From positions 224,001-288,000 of the forward strand of contig CAWJCS010000003.1 in NCBI GenBank assembly GCA_963841435.1: a stretch of 64,000 nt of DNA, in the 5' to 3' direction. The translations under genes were made by a program, and so were the position numbers. Position 1 is the stretch's first letter. Each line of letters starts with the position of its first letter. This document shows positions 63,267-64,000 of the stretch, in pieces. The DNA comes from an uncultured delta proteobacterium. GTDB taxonomy: Bacteria; Myxococcota_A; Polyangia; Polyangiales; Polyangiaceae. The notes beneath the pieces are model-generated. The model searched no databases. It had not been told where the DNA came from and was given only the letters and a program-made list of their open reading frames with translations.

Positions 63267-64000
63267 ATGAGAGCGCATTATCGAAGGTTTGCATTCTGGC
63301 AGCGGTGCGGAGGCCTGGGGTTGCTCTTCACGCTCTCGGGCTGCACCTCCGATGACGCGGGCACGTCGAGCTCCGGCGGAGCCGCCGCCACGGGTGGCAG
63401 CGAGACGGGCGGAACGGTCAGCTCCGGCGGAGCCACCGCCACGGGTGGCAGCGGGACGGGCGGAACGGTCAGCTCCGGCGGAGCCACCGCCACGGGTGGC
63501 AGCGGGACGGGCGGAACGGTCAGCTCCGGCGGAGCCGCCGCCACGGGTGGCAGCGGGATGGGCGGCAGCGCCGCGGGTGGTGAGAGCGGCGGCGGGTCGC
63601 CCGCGGGCGGCTCTGGGGGTGCGGCTCAGGGGGGCGCGGGGGCCATGGCGGGAGGCGGCGGCTCTTCGGATGCCGGTGCGGCAGGCGCGGGGGCCATGGC
63701 GGGAGGCGGCGGCTCCTCGGATGCAGGTGCGGTGGGCTCCGGCTCAGGCGGAAGCTCGGCGGGAGCCGGCAGCACCGTGGACGCCACCATCATCCCCGAC
63801 CCCGGCTGGGCGTGCGGCATGAAGGACGGCATTCCACCGCCCACGAAGGGCACGCTTGCCTTCACCATCACGCTGAACATCCGGGCCGAGCACGACGTGG
63901 GCAAAACGCCCTACGGCAACCGGCGCCTACTCGACGTGAGTGGCGGAACCATCGCGGGCGCCCGTCTCCAGGGGACGGTGGTGACCGGCGGTCTCGAATA
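63267..64000 (+). CDS. Lipoprotein with Gly/Ser linker and DUF3237-like domain (runs off the window)
   Basis: LSGC lipobox; VGKTPYGNRR...GG.I.G.RL.G.V..GG. Confidence 0.7.
   Translation, partial: MRAHYRRFAFWQRCGGLGLLFTLSGCTSDDAGTSSSGGAAATGGSETGGTVSSGGATATGGSGTGGTVSSGGATATGGSGTGGTVSSGGAAATGGSGMGGSAAGGESGGGSPAGGSGGAAQGGAGAMAGGGGSSDAGAAGAGAMAGGGGSSDAGAVGSGSGGSSAGAGSTVDATIIPDPGWACGMKDGIPPPTKGTLAFTITLNIRAEHDVGKTPYGNRRLLDVSGGTIAGARLQGTVVTGGLE
63369..63557. repeat. 51-bp tandem repeat, ~3.7 copies
   Basis: Encodes SSGGA(A/T)ATGGS(E/G)TGGTV. Confidence 0.9.

Noticed and set aside
1-64000. tRNA, rRNA or prophage genes
   Set aside because: None recognised by eye; a tRNAscan/Infernal run would be needed to exclude small RNAs.

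Overview
High-GC window that looks like a Myxococcota (Polyangiaceae/Sorangium-like) genome; the taxonomy is inferred from gene content. Bases 1-33.9 kb are ordinary core genome: a receptor-less chemosensory operon (cheY-cheA-cheW-cheW-HEAT-cheR-cheB), a PHP metallohydrolase, FMO, ALDH, dusB, an M64 peptidase lipoprotein, hslR, HMG-CoA synthase, GntR, Nif3, a Ser/Thr kinase, GNAT and an intact comM/yifB. Three of these core genes carry single lesions that may be sequencing errors. Immediately after the comM stop, the rest of the window (33.9-64 kb) is a mosaic accessory region. It holds IS91/ISCR-type transposase fragments plus an oriIS-like end, a 147-bp comM junction copy, and an MntA-HepT pair whose toxin lacks the catalytic His. 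It also has two ~99%-identical internal duplications, many truncated genes, a PAS-HK/RR/hybrid-HK/EAL cluster, and a ~110-bp same-orientation dispersed repeat, three copies of which carry a G-quadruplex motif. Inside it is a plant-polysaccharide cluster whose best novelty candidate is an ECF sigma factor apparently fused, across one frameshift, to a cytoplasmic GH12-like domain, directly behind a secreted GH12 endoglucanase. All family calls come from motif recognition by eye; no searches were run.
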